Source: an uncultured Candidatus Saccharibacteria bacterium
GTDB taxonomy: Bacteria; Patescibacteriota; CAZHWT01
Direction: 5' to 3'
NCBI GenBank assembly: GCA_964597145.1
Contig: CAZQWH010000001.1
Location: forward strand, 15,696-79,695
Length of the DNA stretch: 64,000 bases
The position numbers and the translations under genes were made by a program. The notes beneath the pieces are model-generated. The model was given only the letters and a program-made list of their open reading frames with translations, was not told the origin of the DNA and searched no databases. How positions within the stretch are numbered: the first letter of the stretch is position 1; the number at the start of each line of letters is the position of its first letter. Positions 29,541-40,207 of the stretch are shown here, piece by piece.

Positions 29541-31685
29541 ATGATTATCATTTCACGTTTAACAAAATATCCCTGGTTGCAACAGCTCATTTCCTATGGG
29601 GTGTTTGGCTTTCTGGTGATGTGTATTATGGGCTCTGTCGCGTTAACTATCGGGACGTGGGCATTCTCCATCGACTTGCCCAGCCCCGATCAACTAACCC
29701 AACGCTCCATCCCACAAAGCACCGAAATATATGATCGACATGGCAAGCTGTTGTACCAGGTCTATCGCGACCAAAATCGGACGCTAGTCTCCTTAGAAGA
29801 TATACCTCAAGTGGTAATTGACGCTACCTTGGCTGCCGAAGATCAAAATTTTTATGAGCATGGTGGAATTGATTTTCGAGGCATGGCCTATGCTGCCTAT
29901 CAAACGCTGGTGGTTGGTCATCTCCAAGGTGGATCCACCATTACCCAGCAGCTAGTTAAGCAAACCCTACTTTCCGATAAAAGGACGCTCGACCGCAAAA
30001 TTAAAGAGGCAATCTTATCGATGCGCTTAGAGCAGCAATATAGCAAAGATCAGATCTTGCAAATGTATCTAAACGAAGTGCCATACGGAGGGGAAGTGTA
30101 TGGTATTAAAGCTGCCGCTAAGACCTATTTTAATAAAGACTTGGACCAACTCACCCTTTCCGAGGCCGCCTTGCTGGCCGGATTACCACAAAGCCCTACT
30201 AACTATTCGCCATTTACCCACCCTCAGATGGCCGCCGAACGCCAGCATCATGTGCTGAACTTAATGGCGGAAGCTGGGCTAATCACTCAGACCCAAGCCG
30301 AAGAGGCTAAGTTAGTAGATTTGGCCTATGCCTCTCCAGAAGTATTAATCAATGCTCCCTGGTTTACCTTATGGGTAAAGGCTCAGCTAGAAGCTCAATA
30401 TGGTCAACAGTTAGTAGAAGAAGGCGGATTAAGAGTTACCACCACCTTAGATTTGGATAAGCAGGGAATAGCGGAAGAAGAGGTTGGCTTTCAGCTCGAT
30501 CGGCTGGCAACCGTCGGCGCCAACGCTCATCAAGCAGCCTTGCTCAGTATGGATCCACAAACCGGGGAAATCTTAAGCATGGTTGGCTCCAGAGATTACT
30601 TTGACCGAGAGGCCCAGGGTAATGTTAACGGCACTCTGGCTTGGCAGCAACCTGGCAGCTCAATTAAGCCGTTTGTCTATCTAACCGGCTTTATGACAAA
30701 TAAAATTACCCCAGCCACCTTACTCAACGATAAGCGGACAGTTTTTAATGCTGGAGTTGGCCAGCCACCATACATTCCTCGGGAGTCCGACGGTAAGTAT
30801 TGGGGCCCCATTTTAGCTAGGGATGCATTAGCCAATTCACGTAACATACCCACGGTCCAAGTTATGGAGAAAATCGGTGTGCCGGCTATGATCACTACTG
30901 CCACTAAAGCAGGTATCCCAAATTATGACAACAACCGAGGCAACTATGGATTATCACTATCACTCGGAGCTGGTGAAGTGCGAATGATCGACCTAGCCGC
31001 GGCCTATGCCACGCTAGCCAACAATGGGGTTTACCGCGAACCAGTCGCTATTTTAAAGGTTGAAACCGCCGATGGAAAGATTTTATACCAATACCAGCCT
31101 GGGCCAGGCCAGAATCAAATTGACCCTCGGTATTCATATTTGGTCACCAATATTCTCTCTGACAATAAAGCTCGAGAGCGATTATTTGGCCCCAATAATT
31201 TGCTAGAGCTTACCCATCGCCCCGCTGCTGTTAAAACTGGTACCACCGATGATAACCGAGATGCCTGGACAGTGGGCTTTACCCCAGATGTCGTCACGGC
31301 GGTATGGGTGGGCAATTTCGATAACACTCCCATGCAAGGTGTGATGGGGGCAACTGGAGCCACGCCAATCTGGCATTATTACATGGAGAGAGTGCTCAAA
31401 AACACCCCGGTATCAAACTTTACCCGCCCAGATGGACTAATAGAAAAGCCAATTACCAAGTCGGGCCATTTATCGTGCTCAAGTGTCACAACCTACCGCC
31501 TAGAGTTGTTTGTTAAAGGCACCGAGCCACAAGGTCCGTGCTATCCCTTTATTATTCCCGATGGCGAAATTGAACCTCGGCGTGGCGTGGCGGGGGAACA
31601 AATTTGGCGTCAAGAACGTAATGGGCGAAGTATTAGAATTCAGTACCAAGGCAATGGCCATACCATTTGGAAGTATATCGACTAG
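29541..31685 (+). CDS. class A penicillin-binding protein (PBP1A, glycosyltransferase GT51 plus transpeptidase)
   Basis: GT51 motifs AAEDQNFYEHGGIDFRG and GGSTITQQLVK. Transpeptidase SSIKP (SxxK), SRN and KTGTT. Confidence 0.85.
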   Translation: MIIISRLTKYPWLQQLISYGVFGFLVMCIMGSVALTIGTWAFSIDLPSPDQLTQRSIPQSTEIYDRHGKLLYQVYRDQNRTLVSLEDIPQVVIDATLAAEDQNFYEHGGIDFRGMAYAAYQTLVVGHLQGGSTITQQLVKQTLLSDKRTLDRKIKEAILSMRLEQQYSKDQILQMYLNEVPYGGEVYGIKAAAKTYFNKDLDQLTLSEAALLAGLPQSPTNYSPFTHPQMAAERQHHVLNLMAEAGLITQTQAEEAKLVDLAYASPEVLINAPWFTLWVKAQLEAQYGQQLVEEGGLRVTTTLDLDKQGIAEEEVGFQLDRLATVGANAHQAALLSMDPQTGEILSMVGSRDYFDREAQGNVNGTLAWQQPGSSIKPFVYLTGFMTNKITPATLLNDKRTVFNAGVGQPPYIPRESDGKYWGPILARDALANSRNIPTVQVMEKIGVPAMITTATKAGIPNYDNNRGNYGLSLSLGAGEVRMIDLAAAYATLANNGVYREPVAILKVETADGKILYQYQPGPGQNQIDPRYSYLVTNILSDNKARERLFGPNNLLELTHRPAAVKTGTTDDNRDAWTVGFTPDVVTAVWVGNFDNTPMQGVMGATGATPIWHYYMERVLKNTPVSNFTRPDGLIEKPITKSGHLSCSSVTTYRLELFVKGTEPQGPCYPFIIPDGEIEPRRGVAGEQIWRQERNGRSIRIQYQGNGHTIWKYID

Positions 31686-31976
31686 CCCAGTGAAGCAAGG
31701 CAATCAGGTAGTGGCCATGAACAGGCAGTAAAATACCACTCTCAAAAAAGTAGATACCACTTGGCGTCACTATCTAAAAAATTAAAATCGCCATCATCAC
31801 GAACATATCTCGTTAAATAAGACTCTGTGTCTCCGGCAACAATACAATACCATTACCATAAATATTTCATGAGTGGTGTGGGATTAACATACAGCATTAC
31901 GCAGCCGCCATTTTTTCAAACTTTAACTATTATAAAAGCAAAACGAGCGTCTACTTGTTGGGTAGCGCCTTGACCC

Positions 31977-33521
31977 ATGGTAGCGTTAGTGCTGCAAATG
32001 GATACTGCCCACGAAATAAACTTTCTTGATACGCCAATCTTCCACGAGGACAACGACGCTAACTCTTGGCTAGTTAGTCGGTGGCTTCACGCCATCCCAC
32101 TCGTCAAACGCTTTGTCCAACCTCAAGCAAATACGTCTAACTTGTTAGCGCTCGAAGGGGGATTTGTTTTTGAGCCTGAGGTAGCCATATCTATACCATC
32201 GGGAATGGTGTCTGGGATTATCGGTATGTCATTATTTTTGCTAGTTGGGGGTGCAATTGCCTCCAATTCATTAGGTGTATCTGTGTTAGCCCGAGTCGTA
32301 GAAATCGCTGGGTTATCAGGTACTTCATCAGTGAAAACAACTCCAAGTCATGTCGTTTCTCGAGTTACTATTTCGCCTACGGAGGGCCAAGTGTCAGTCA
32401 AGAAATCATCTCCACCTCCATCTTCTTCAACCTCAACAGTGGGCACCGTCTCAGTTGAGCCAACTCCTGCTCCTGCTTCAACTCAGCCAGACTTAAATCG
32501 GGAAGTTTTTGGCTTTTTGCCATACTGGTTTGTCAATGAGGCCGCCAATAACTTGGAATTCTCATTGCTCTCCACGCTAGCTTATTTTGACATCCCCATT
32601 AATGCCGATGGTTCATTAGATACGCTCTCTAACAGTTGGCAAATCCTTCACACTAAGACCACCCAAGACATCTTTAAACAAGCAAAGGCCAAAAACACGC
32701 GGGTCGTGTTAACCTATGCCACTTTTAACAACCAGCACATAGAGAATATTGCTACCAACGAACAGGCTCGGAACAGCGCGGTAACTAATATGGTGAATTT
32801 TGCCAAAGTCCAAGGCGCCCAAGGCGCCAATATTGACTTTGAGTACGTCGGCCAGCCTACACCCGCGGTGCGGGAAGGGTTTACCCAATTCGTCCAGCAA
32901 GCAACCGAGCGGTTCCATGCCGAGATTCCTGGTAGCCAGGTAACCGTTTCTATGTACGCTATTTCCGCCAAAATGGAGCGATTATATCAGGTCAATCGCT
33001 TAGCAGATGTGTGCGATGGATTGTTCATTATGGCCTACGACTTTTATACCGCTAGCTCTAGTAATGCCGGCCCAGTTGCCCCTCTGACTGGCGCTCCAGA
33101 TACATATTGGTACGACGTTACCAGCTCACTCAACGACTTCGCTGCCGCTGGTGTTCCCGAAAGTAAGATAATTTTAGGCGTCCCCTACTATGGCTACGAC
33201 TGGCCCACTGTTGACCATTCACCCCAAAGTCCAGTCGTGCCTGGGTCAACCAATACCGCGAATTACTCTGGAGTCCAAAAAGCTTTAGCGGCTGGTGAAG
33301 GTGAGCGTCGATGGGATAGTGTGGCCCAAGTCCCTTATCTGGTGTATCAAGAGAACGGCGTCAATCGTATTGCCTATTACGACGACGTAGAGTCATTAGG
33401 CAAAAAATACGATTTAATTAATCAGCGCAACCTCAAAGGAGTTGGTATCTGGGCATTAGGTCAAGACGGAAACCGTCAAGAATTGTGGGACTTGCTCCAA
33501 ACTAAATTTATCCATGAATAA
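31977..33521 (+). CDS. GH18-family glycoside hydrolase (chitinase / YaaH-like) with N-terminal membrane anchor
   Basis: FGFLPYWF...NIDFEYVG (the DxxDxDxE-type catalytic region) ...MAYDFY. An alternative start at 32205 (MVSGIIG, signal-anchor) is possible. Confidence 0.7.
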   Translation: MVALVLQMDTAHEINFLDTPIFHEDNDANSWLVSRWLHAIPLVKRFVQPQANTSNLLALEGGFVFEPEVAISIPSGMVSGIIGMSLFLLVGGAIASNSLGVSVLARVVEIAGLSGTSSVKTTPSHVVSRVTISPTEGQVSVKKSSPPPSSSTSTVGTVSVEPTPAPASTQPDLNREVFGFLPYWFVNEAANNLEFSLLSTLAYFDIPINADGSLDTLSNSWQILHTKTTQDIFKQAKAKNTRVVLTYATFNNQHIENIATNEQARNSAVTNMVNFAKVQGAQGANIDFEYVGQPTPAVREGFTQFVQQATERFHAEIPGSQVTVSMYAISAKMERLYQVNRLADVCDGLFIMAYDFYTASSSNAGPVAPLTGAPDTYWYDVTSSLNDFAAAGVPESKIILGVPYYGYDWPTVDHSPQSPVVPGSTNTANYSGVQKALAAGEGERRWDSVAQVPYLVYQENGVNRIAYYDDVESLGKKYDLINQRNLKGVGIWALGQDGNRQELWDLLQTKFIHE

Positions 33522-34539
33522 CGCGCCTCATCCCTCATGTACCCATCGTCGTCGAGTACGCGGCGGACAATTCATCCTAGCCGCCCTCGGGTTTTTTATG
33601 GTCAGCAGTTGTCTGGTTTTTGGTGGCACACACACCTTACTCCAGCAGCCAACTATAGCAGTTGGAGCGAAATCAGATAACCATGTCGCTACTACAGTGA
33701 GCAATCAGCCAAGTGCTCCTACTCCTAATTTGTCCGCGCCAATATTAGCAGCTCCTCAACCAACCCAGGTTCCAGAGTGGCACATGGTGAAAAGTACTTC
33801 CATCCCTACCGCACCGGTAACCGCTACGGCTGGGCTGGTGATCAACGACAACAGCGGCGAAATTCTGGCTGCTAAAAATGCTGATTTGCCGCTGCCCATG
33901 GCCTCAATTACCAAGTTGATGACCGCTTGGGTGGCCTTGGATCGGGCCAAGCCCGAGGACTCAATTACCGTTTCATCGGTGGCGGCTGCCACCCCACCGA
34001 CCAACATGCCATTAGCAGCCGGTGAGGTGCTAAGCGTCCAAGATCTGCTCAGCATGTTACTTTTAACCTCAGCCAATGATGCCGCTCAGGCCTTAGCCGA
34101 TGGCTTAGGCGGCGAACCCAGCTTTGTAAATGGGATGAATCAGAAAGCGGCCAAGTTAGGCTTAAAGAACACTCATTATGCAAACCCCACCGGCTTCGAT
34201 GCCGAGGGTCATCATTCGAGTGCCAACGATCTAGCAGTGTTAGCCCACCATTTATTTAAAGAGCACCCAGAGCTGTTACCTTTAATGCAACAGACCAAGA
34301 TAATAATTAACGGTAACGATAAGCATCGAGCCTATGATGTGGTCAATTTTCACCAATTAGTTGGGGTATATCCCGGCTTTCTCGGTGGTAAACCTGGCTT
34401 TACCGGTAATGCGGGAAGTTGTCTGCTGACGATGGCAGAGCGAGATGGAAAGAGAATTATTGCTGTCGTACTCAATAGCCCCGACTCTGCCTCTGAAAGT
34501 AGGCGTTTGTTGGACTTTGGATTTGAGCAACTGCGGTGA
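33514..34539 (+). CDS. D-alanyl-D-alanine carboxypeptidase (serine-type, PBP5/DacA-like)
   Basis: ASITKLMT (SxxK), TSANDAAQALA (SxN) and KTGFT-like motif. It overlaps the GH18 gene by 8 nt. Confidence 0.75.
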   Translation: MNNAPHPSCTHRRRVRGGQFILAALGFFMVSSCLVFGGTHTLLQQPTIAVGAKSDNHVATTVSNQPSAPTPNLSAPILAAPQPTQVPEWHMVKSTSIPTAPVTATAGLVINDNSGEILAAKNADLPLPMASITKLMTAWVALDRAKPEDSITVSSVAAATPPTNMPLAAGEVLSVQDLLSMLLLTSANDAAQALADGLGGEPSFVNGMNQKAAKLGLKNTHYANPTGFDAEGHHSSANDLAVLAHHLFKEHPELLPLMQQTKIIINGNDKHRAYDVVNFHQLVGVYPGFLGGKPGFTGNAGSCLLTMAERDGKRIIAVVLNSPDSASESRRLLDFGFEQLR

Positions 34540-34705
34540 GTGGCAGGCAAGAGATCGGAAGTAGGAGACTTGGGGTTGTATCTGGTCTCTGGCACTGTCA
34601 CCTTAGTGCTTATTGCTGGTCGCGCGAGTATTAAGGGATATAATCACCTGGAGCAGGGTGTGCTCCAGGTGTCGTGTGGGTGGTGGCTGTGCAGCTCTAG
34701 CTCTG

Positions 34706-35218
34706 TTAGGTAATTTCAATCGAAACAAACAGTAAGTTGCCGGTATGCTGATACCATTTGGCAAATACTTCCCGGATACGATCTCGTCCTTGTTTGAGCG
34801 AGTTGGCCTGTAGAATAAACAGTGCATCCTCGATGAACCGAAGGGCCCGATCCAGGTTATGTAATCGGTGTTCTGCAACAAAGTTATCCAGATGTCTCCT
34901 GCTTCTTGGTCGGAGATAGTCAACAATGTTTTGTATTCGCGCTTGCCCCTGTCTGAGTTGTGACTCAAGCCGGTCTTTCTCGTGACTCAATGCCACTCGA
35001 AGGGACATTGGATCACGATGAAATAGCACTTGATTCAAGACATCCATAAAATATTGAGAAGCCTTGATGTCGGTGTAGCCTAAGTCACGAACTGCCGCTT
35101 TATGGTCAGGGCTTAGCTGTTCTATGACGCTGACCAAATCTGCCGGCATATCTTCTAACCAGCGGATTGTCGCTACGTCTTTGAGCGGATAAAGATCTGT
35201 GCGTGCCTCGTCACCCAT
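34706..35218 (-). CDS. hypothetical protein
   Basis: 170-aa ORF with coding-like composition. No family recognised. Confidence 0.4.
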   Translation of the reverse strand: MGDEARTDLYPLKDVATIRWLEDMPADLVSVIEQLSPDHKAAVRDLGYTDIKASQYFMDVLNQVLFHRDPMSLRVALSHEKDRLESQLRQGQARIQNIVDYLRPRSRRHLDNFVAEHRLHNLDRALRFIEDALFILQANSLKQGRDRIREVFAKWYQHTGNLLFVSIEIT

Positions 35219-35706
35219 GCCTTGACTCCTTTTGATTACAGCCCATCACAAAATCTGAGTGAGTGTATCACTATAGGACTAATATGTCAAAAATGTTGAG
35301 TGACGGGTCTGGAATAGCAAATAGCAGATAGCAATAAGCAATATGCAGAGGACGGAAGGTTGAAGGTGGTGCCAGCGAAGCTGTTGGCTATCAGGTGTCA
35401 GGTTTTAATCATTTTGGGATTTCTGATCTCAGATTTGTTTCGAGTTTAGAATTTCAAATTTCGTATTTAGAACCAAGAGTCACCATGTCTGTCATTCTGA
35501 ACTGAAAGTGAAGAATCATACTTTGAAGGTTGAAGGTAGTATTTGGTATGTGGTAGGGGTAATGCTAGGGCATTGGCTGCCATTTGCCATCTGCTAGTTT
35601 AAGGACATCCAACAACAAACCGGAGTGGCGGGGGTAAAAACCTTAGCCAGCTCCGGTTGTTGTGAATATATTGTTGTTTAAACATAGGCAGTGGTACGTA
35701 GATTAC

Positions 35707-35934
35707 TTATTCTGCTTCAGCAGAATCGTCGCGCTTACCCAGTTTACCGATTGCAGAATAGAATTCTTTACCGCGAGTTTTTTTCATTATCTCGCCACCC
35801 TTAAGCCCAATTTCTGCGTAGTAGTTTGGATTCTCTTTGAGTTTGCGCTGTTTAGTTTTCATTCCACCTTTACGGCCAATTGCCGAAAAGAAGGCAGCAT
35901 CCTTAACCACGCCTTTTTTAGTTGTATTTGCCAT
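35707..35934 (-). CDS. KGG-repeat general stress protein (YciG/con-10-like)
   Basis: Repeated xIGRKGG / IGLKGG / IGKLGK motifs in a 75-aa hydrophilic protein. Confidence 0.6.
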   Translation of the reverse strand: MANTTKKGVVKDAAFFSAIGRKGGMKTKQRKLKENPNYYAEIGLKGGEIMKKTRGKEFYSAIGKLGKRDDSAEAE

Positions 35935-36297
35935 AACTTTATTCCCCTCCTTTCATCGATAGATATAGGCAGTTTACCCCGATTAAACCGGGGCTTATGG
36001 TTAGTTGTTTAGTAGATGTCTGATTCATAGTTAGTGATTACCGATCAATAAATAATACAAAGTACAAATACAAGAGACTAAGACTTACGGTAATAATGGC
36101 TATACCTAATAATATTTTGTTGATCCGCCAGATATTCTGTAGCGTCATAGTTCTCTTATGTTTGTGTGCTTATAGTTATACTAATAATATATATCAATAT
36201 TGTCAATATACATGACAAGAAAGATGTAGTGTATATACTATATTGCCTGCATAAGACCAACCTAAGAATGCTTGGGTCCTTAGTCAGTGGTTATGCG

Positions 36298-36334
36298 TTG
36301 ACACAAATTAGCACTTGTGCTACATTGGTGCTAA
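36298..36334 (+). promoter_or_regulatory. hrcA promoter overlapping a CIRCE operator (TTAGCACTT-N9-TGGTGCTAA)
   Basis: TTGACA at 36298-36303. The CIRCE inverted repeat is at 36308-36334. Confidence 0.75.
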
Positions 36335-36523
36335 GTTGACCCTGTTCTCAAGAGTAATCTCGGTTATTTTAGTGATAGGGGAGTATCAGGTAAATTAATC
36401 ACCAGACAGCAGCTTAAGCCAAAAGGCAAGGTTGTTTGTCCGGCAAAAACCAAGCAATTGCACCAATCGATTTGCCAACCTGCTTCGTGGTTTACACCCA
36501 CAAGGTTGAGAAAGGACGGCGTT

Positions 36524-37252
36524 ATGCCCATATCATCCAGGCAAGCACAGCTCTTACGCATTATTATAGAGGAGTATGTCAAGAGCAAGGAAGCGATCGG
36601 CAGTGAGAATATAGTAGCTAAATACAATTTAGGTGTTTCTCCCGCAACAGTCCGCAATGAAATGGCTGCTTTGGCTCAGGAGGGCTACCTCGATCAACCG
36701 CACACTTCTGCCGGGCGGGTACCAACTAGTTTAGGTTTCCGCTTTTACCTGTCGGAGTTAATGGAAGAGCAGGATATTCCTGTTATCTCGGAAGTTGCTA
36801 TTAAACAACGTTTGTGGCAAGAACGGCACGAATTAGAAAACTTGCTGCGTAATGCCGCTCTAGCCCTGGCCGATGAAACGAGGGAGATGGCCATTACGAT
36901 TACCGATAACGGTAAAGTCTATGCCGCTGGTGCAGCCTACATTCTAGATAATCCTGAGTTTTATGATATCGACTTAACGCGGGCAGTCTTGTCCTTAATC
37001 GACCAGTACGACACCCTCCAAGCAATGTTTAGCCGAGGAGGTGAGGAAAACCAGGTTAACGTCCTCATTGGTGCAGATACCGGAATACCAGCCCTGGCAC
37101 CATGTAGCGTTTTATATCGTCACTTTGATTTAGGTCGTGGTCGGGTCGGCACTCTGGGTATTATTGGTCCAGCTCGTATCAACTACCCAACCGTTATCCC
37201 GACAATTCGCTACTTTAGCGACTTAATGAATGAACTGTCCCGTAGTTGGTAA
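36524..37252 (+). CDS. hrcA: heat-inducible transcription repressor HrcA
   Basis: MPISSRQAQLLRIIIEEYVKSKEAIGSENIVAKYNLGVSPATVRNEMAALAQEGYLDQPHTSAGRVPT. SD AAGGACGG upstream of 36524. Confidence 0.85.
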   Translation: MPISSRQAQLLRIIIEEYVKSKEAIGSENIVAKYNLGVSPATVRNEMAALAQEGYLDQPHTSAGRVPTSLGFRFYLSELMEEQDIPVISEVAIKQRLWQERHELENLLRNAALALADETREMAITITDNGKVYAAGAAYILDNPEFYDIDLTRAVLSLIDQYDTLQAMFSRGGEENQVNVLIGADTGIPALAPCSVLYRHFDLGRGRVGTLGIIGPARINYPTVIPTIRYFSDLMNELSRSW

Positions 37253-37424
37253 ACGCGAAGCGTCTACCAACATACGCAAGTTAGAAACAAGAAATTAGAA
37301 ATTCTAAACAAACGAGAAACTTGAAAACATTAATTTGGGAACACATTCCATATGTTATTTATTTAGAATTTGTTTCCTATTTCGGATTTATGATTTCAAA
37401 TTTTGAAATGGAGATTATAGAAAC

Positions 37425-37946
37425 ATGGCAGAAAAAACAGACAAGCATACAAAAAAGCATCAAGACCAGTCAAATGAGGGACTAGTAGAAAAACTACAAC
37501 AGGATTTAGAAGAGTCACAGCGGCTGCAAGAAGAAAGCCTAACCAAGGCCCAGCGGGCGCTTGCTGATTACGCCAATTTGAAAAAGCGCTTTGAAAAGGA
37601 GCGCGAAGAAATTGCTAAATATGCCAGCGAAATGGTCTGTATGCGATTGTTGCCAGTGATCGATAACTTAGACCGAGCGGTGGGGTACGCCAGTGAATCA
37701 GAACAAAAATCTTCGCTGTATCAAGGAGTAAAAATGACGCTACAGCAAGCCCACGAAATGCTACAGTCAGCCGGGTTTAGCCAGATCCAGGCCCAAGCTG
37801 GCGATGAGTTTAACCCACATCTACACGAAGCCGTCGAAATGGTGTCTGGCGAGCAAGCCAAAATTGTTGAGGTTTTACAACCTGGTTACCAACTCGACGA
37901 CAAAGTAGTTAGACCAGCCCAGGTGAGGGTTGGAGATGGAAGTTAG
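37425..37946 (+). CDS. grpE: nucleotide exchange factor GrpE
   Basis: DYANLKKRFEKEREE...LLPVIDNLDRA. Confidence 0.85.
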   Translation: MAEKTDKHTKKHQDQSNEGLVEKLQQDLEESQRLQEESLTKAQRALADYANLKKRFEKEREEIAKYASEMVCMRLLPVIDNLDRAVGYASESEQKSSLYQGVKMTLQQAHEMLQSAGFSQIQAQAGDEFNPHLHEAVEMVSGEQAKIVEVLQPGYQLDDKVVRPAQVRVGDGS

Positions 37947-37998
37947 AAGTTGGGAAATAGTAGGCAGTTGACGAGACTGAGATAATTTCAACTCAGGT

Positions 37999-38059
37999 TC
38001 GTCATCCCGGACTTGATCCGGGATCTAAGTGATTGGATCCTGAAACAAGTTCAGGATGA
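37999..38059 (+). promoter_or_regulatory. ~60-bp composite-palindrome element, copy B, 31 nt upstream of the dnaK start codon
   Basis: GTCATCCCGGACTTGATCCGGGATCTAAGTGATTGGATCCTGAAACAAGTTCAGGATGAC. It has the same orientation as copy A relative to the downstream gene. Confidence 0.7.
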
Positions 38060-38090
38060 CAATAGGAAATAATTAAAGGAGGAACTTTGT

Positions 38091-40001
38091 ATGTCAAAAA
38101 TATTAGGTATTGATCTAGGAACAACTAATAGCGCTATGGCTGTTATGGAAGGTGGTGAGCCCACCATTATCCCTAACGCCGAAGGTGGACGCACTACTCC
38201 ATCCGTGGTTGACCCAGTCAAGCGCGTCGTCGGCACGGTAGCTAAACGCCAAGCCATTGTTAATCCCAAGAGCACAGTTTTTAGTGTAAAGCGTTTAATG
38301 GGGCGTAAACTCAACGATCCCGAAGTTCAGCGTGATTTAAAATGGCTACCTTATAACGTAGTCGCGGGAAAAGATGGCGAAGCCTTAGTCGAAGTTGAGG
38401 GTCGCAAATTTACCCCCCAAGAAATCTCGGCCATGATTTTGTCTAAGCTGAAAGCCGATGCCGAAAGCTACTTAAATGAGAAAATCACCCAAGCCGTCAT
38501 TACCGTTCCCGCGTACTTCGATGACGCCCAACGCCAAGCCACCAAGCAGGCCGGAGAAATCGCCGGTTTGGAAGTATTGCGCATTGTCAACGAACCAACC
38601 GCGGCTTCATTAGCCTATGGCCTAGATAAGCACAAAGACGAAAAAATTGCCGTGTACGATTTAGGTGGGGGTACATTCGATATTTCAATCCTAGAATTAG
38701 GTGACGGCGTGTTTGAGGTTAAGTCAACTAATGGTGATACTCATTTAGGTGGAGACGATTTTGACCAAAAGATTATTGACTGGTTGGCCGAAGAGTTTAA
38801 GAAAGATCAAGGAGTTGACCTTAAAAATGATCGTCAAGCCTTACAGCGACTTAAAGAGGCAGCCGAAAAGGCTAAGATCGAGTTATCTAGCGCTCAGCAA
38901 ACCGAAATTAATATTCCATTTATTACCGCCGATGCCTCAGGACCTAAGCACTTAAATATGAGCCTTTCCCGGGCTAAATTAGAGCAATTGGTTGGGGATT
39001 TAGTTGATGGCACAATTAAACCAGTTAAACAAGCATTGGATGATGCCAGCTATAAACCAAGCGACATCCACGAGGTGGTGCTGGTGGGTGGTATGACCCG
39101 GATGCCATCGGTTCAGGAAGCGGTTAAAAAATTCTTTGGCCGGGATCCGCACAAAGGGGTGAATCCTGATGAAGTAGTTGCCATTGGTGCAGCTGTTCAG
39201 GCTGGTGTACTCGGCGGAGACGTTAAAGACGTATTACTGCTCGATGTTACTCCGCTCTCATTGGGTATCGAAACCTTGGGTGGTGTAACTACTAAGCTCA
39301 TCGATCGCAATACCACCATTCCAACTTCAAAGTCCCAGACCTTCTCTACCGCCGCCGATAACCAACCCTCGGTCGAAATAAATGTCCTTCAAGGCGAGCG
39401 GGAAATGGCCAACGATAATAAGTCACTCGGTCGGTTTATCCTCGATGGCATTCCACCAGCACCGCGTGGCATCCCCCAAGTTGAGGTTGAGTTCGACATC
39501 GATGCCTCGGGAATATTAAACGTCTCAGCCAAAGACAAAGCTAGTGGCAAGGAGCAGAAAATTACCATTACCGGCTCTACAGGGCTAGATAAGACCGAGG
39601 TTGAAAAGATGACCAAAGAAGCCGAAATGCACGCCGAAGAAGACCGTAAGAAAAAGGAAGAAATCGAAGTTCGCAACACGGCCGATTCGCTGGTGTATAC
39701 TGCCGAGAAGTCACTTAAGGATGCCGAAGGTAAAATTGAAGAATCCTTAAAAACTTCGGTAACCGAAAAAGTTGATGCGACCAAAAAGGCCTTGGAAGGC
39801 AGCCAGGTCGAAACTATCCAATCGGCTACTCAGGCCTTGTCGGAGGAATTGCAAAAAATTGGCCAAGCCATGTACGCCGCCGGTGAGTCGAGTGAATCTA
39901 CCTCAACTTCCGCCGAAGAGCGACCGGAAGAGGTGGGCCAAAACAATAAAGACGGCTCCACCGTAGAAGGCGAAGTTGTCGACGAAGATGAGAAAAAATA
40001 G
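38091..40001 (+). CDS. dnaK: molecular chaperone DnaK (Hsp70)
   Basis: Full-length Hsp70 ([12 protein letters not shown]..., DLGGGTFD...). Confidence 0.97.
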   Translation: MSKILGIDLGTTNSAMAVMEGGEPTIIPNAEGGRTTPSVVDPVKRVVGTVAKRQAIVNPKSTVFSVKRLMGRKLNDPEVQRDLKWLPYNVVAGKDGEALVEVEGRKFTPQEISAMILSKLKADAESYLNEKITQAVITVPAYFDDAQRQATKQAGEIAGLEVLRIVNEPTAASLAYGLDKHKDEKIAVYDLGGGTFDISILELGDGVFEVKSTNGDTHLGGDDFDQKIIDWLAEEFKKDQGVDLKNDRQALQRLKEAAEKAKIELSSAQQTEINIPFITADASGPKHLNMSLSRAKLEQLVGDLVDGTIKPVKQALDDASYKPSDIHEVVLVGGMTRMPSVQEAVKKFFGRDPHKGVNPDEVVAIGAAVQAGVLGGDVKDVLLLDVTPLSLGIETLGGVTTKLIDRNTTIPTSKSQTFSTAADNQPSVEINVLQGEREMANDNKSLGRFILDGIPPAPRGIPQVEVEFDIDASGILNVSAKDKASGKEQKITITGSTGLDKTEVEKMTKEAEMHAEEDRKKKEEIEVRNTADSLVYTAEKSLKDAEGKIEESLKTSVTEKVDATKKALEGSQVETIQSATQALSEELQKIGQAMYAAGESSESTSTSAEERPEEVGQNNKDGSTVEGEVVDEDEKK

Positions 40002-40021
40002 ATATCTAAGTATCTAGGAAA

Positions 40022-40168
40022 CGTCATTGCGAGGAGCAGAGCGACGAAGTAATCTTGATAGGCTTTGTGTCATCCTGAATTTAGTTCAGGATCAGGCATT
40101 AGATGCTGAAACTAGTTCAGCATGACATTGGGTTTAGGTAGATTGCCGCGCTTCACTCGCAATGACCA
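40022..40168 (+). promoter_or_regulatory. nested repeats upstream of dnaJ: GTCATTGCGAG / CTCGCAATGAC arms enclosing copy C (40069-40126) of the 60-bp element
   Basis: Copy C: gtcatcctgaatttagttcaggatcaggcattagatgctgaaactagttcagcatgac. The outer arms match the 19543-19638 element. Confidence 0.65.
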
Positions 40169-40207
40169 ACCATATGATAGACTTTCGTCTACGAACTACG
40201 AACATTT

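Noticed and set aside
37999-38059. ROSE-type RNA thermometer directly sequestering the dnaK or hsp20 Shine-Dalgarno
   Set aside because: The SD sequences (AAGGAGG, AAAGGAG) lie outside the element and no anti-SD (CCTCCTT-like) stretch occurs inside it. A classical SD-masking thermometer is therefore unlikely, although other UTR or operator roles remain possible.
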